From: a virus
Reading direction: 5' to 3' (one strand)
DNA: 42,013 nucleotides
Virus record (IMG/VR): IMGVR_UViG_3300025009_000208
Numbering within the stretch: the stretch's first letter is position 1; each line of letters begins with the position of its first letter. The position numbers were made by a program, and so were the translations under genes. Below are positions 41,691-42,013 of this stretch, piece after piece. Under the pieces are notes generated by a model. It ran no database searches. It was not told the DNA's origin and was given only the letters and a program-made list of their open reading frames with translations.

Positions 41691-42013
41691 AGATACCAGA
41701 GGAAAAGGTTTTTACGATTTATTCCCAAGAGAATGTGGGCAGACAGATATTTCCTTCAGTTACCCTGGCACAATTCGTGCCTTCCATATGCACAAAATTA
41801 AGACAGAATGGTTTTTCTGTGCTGGTGGAATTATTAGGCTTGTTTTAACAGATCCTTTTGAGGAGTTTTTCATGGAGAGAGGAGATATGGTTGAAATCAA
41901 ACCTGGCAGATGGCATGGTTTTCAGATATTGGGAGATGAACTTGGGGTAATGCTTGAGCACTCTACACATAAATATGAGATGGATAACCCTGACGATTTT
42001 CGCAAACCTTATA
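41677..42013 (+). CDS. RmlC-like cupin sugar-nucleotide epimerase/isomerase, 5' portion (continues at 1-162)
   Basis: ATG at 41677 overlaps the aminotransferase end by 14 nt. DTRGKGF...ISFSYPGTIRAFHMH...IKPGRWHGF matches the cupin pattern of dTDP-4-dehydrorhamnose 3,5-epimerase-like enzymes. Confidence 0.7.
   Translation, partial: MRINKDTRGKGFYDLFPRECGQTDISFSYPGTIRAFHMHKIKTEWFFCAGGIIRLVLTDPFEEFFMERGDMVEIKPGRWHGFQILGDELGVMLEHSTHKYEMDNPDDFRKPY
41887..42013. repeat. Second copy of the 127-bp terminal overlap (identical to 1-127)
   Basis: Direct comparison of both ends. Confidence 0.95.

Overview
The window appears to be one complete genome of a tailed dsDNA bacteriophage. Bases 1-127 are identical to 41887-42013, so the unit length is 41886 bp, circular or circularly permuted. 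A cupin sugar-epimerase gene reads straight across the junction. The genome is moderately AT-rich, uses the standard code and has Shine-Dalgarno sites of the GGAGG(TGA) type. It has two divergent arms that start from a 0.7-kb non-coding control region (24133-24850). The rightward (+) arm runs 24851 -> junction -> 12992. In order it carries: small and large terminase, portal, two very large virion proteins (969 and 832 aa), scaffold, major capsid, then a roughly 8.9-kb island of sugar-modification and glycosyltransferase genes (36408 -> junction -> 3372). After that come tail and host-recognition genes, including two glycine-rich proteins, and small membrane proteins. The leftward (-) arm runs 24132 -> 13121. 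It carries small early genes: SprT-like protease, zinc ribbons, an excisionase-type HTH, a T4 gp32-like SSB, an IS200-type Y1 HUH TnpA homolog, an MmcB-like PD-(D/E)XK protein, a standalone WYL domain and an Hjc-type resolvase. A lysis cassette (CHAP endolysin plus small membrane proteins) sits in the middle of this arm. Five free-standing HNH endonuclease genes are scattered through the genome. I could not recognise a DNA polymerase, primase, helicase, integrase, tRNA or CRISPR array. The items most worth follow-up are listed here. (1) The large sugar/glycosyltransferase island sits between the capsid and tail modules, and several virion proteins carry Ser/Thr/Pro-rich tracts. (2) A ~350-bp non-coding block is built from 6-nt words and saturated with GATC and CATG, flanked by other repeat families. 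(3) The HUH TnpA homolog is translationally coupled into an operon with nuclease-like and SSB genes. (4) Three promoter families are recognisable, several placed so the first gene would be leaderless or nearly so. (5) A small-RNA / small hydrophobic ORF pair is arranged convergently, like a type I toxin-antitoxin locus. All functional calls come from reading motifs in the supplied translations. No database search was possible.
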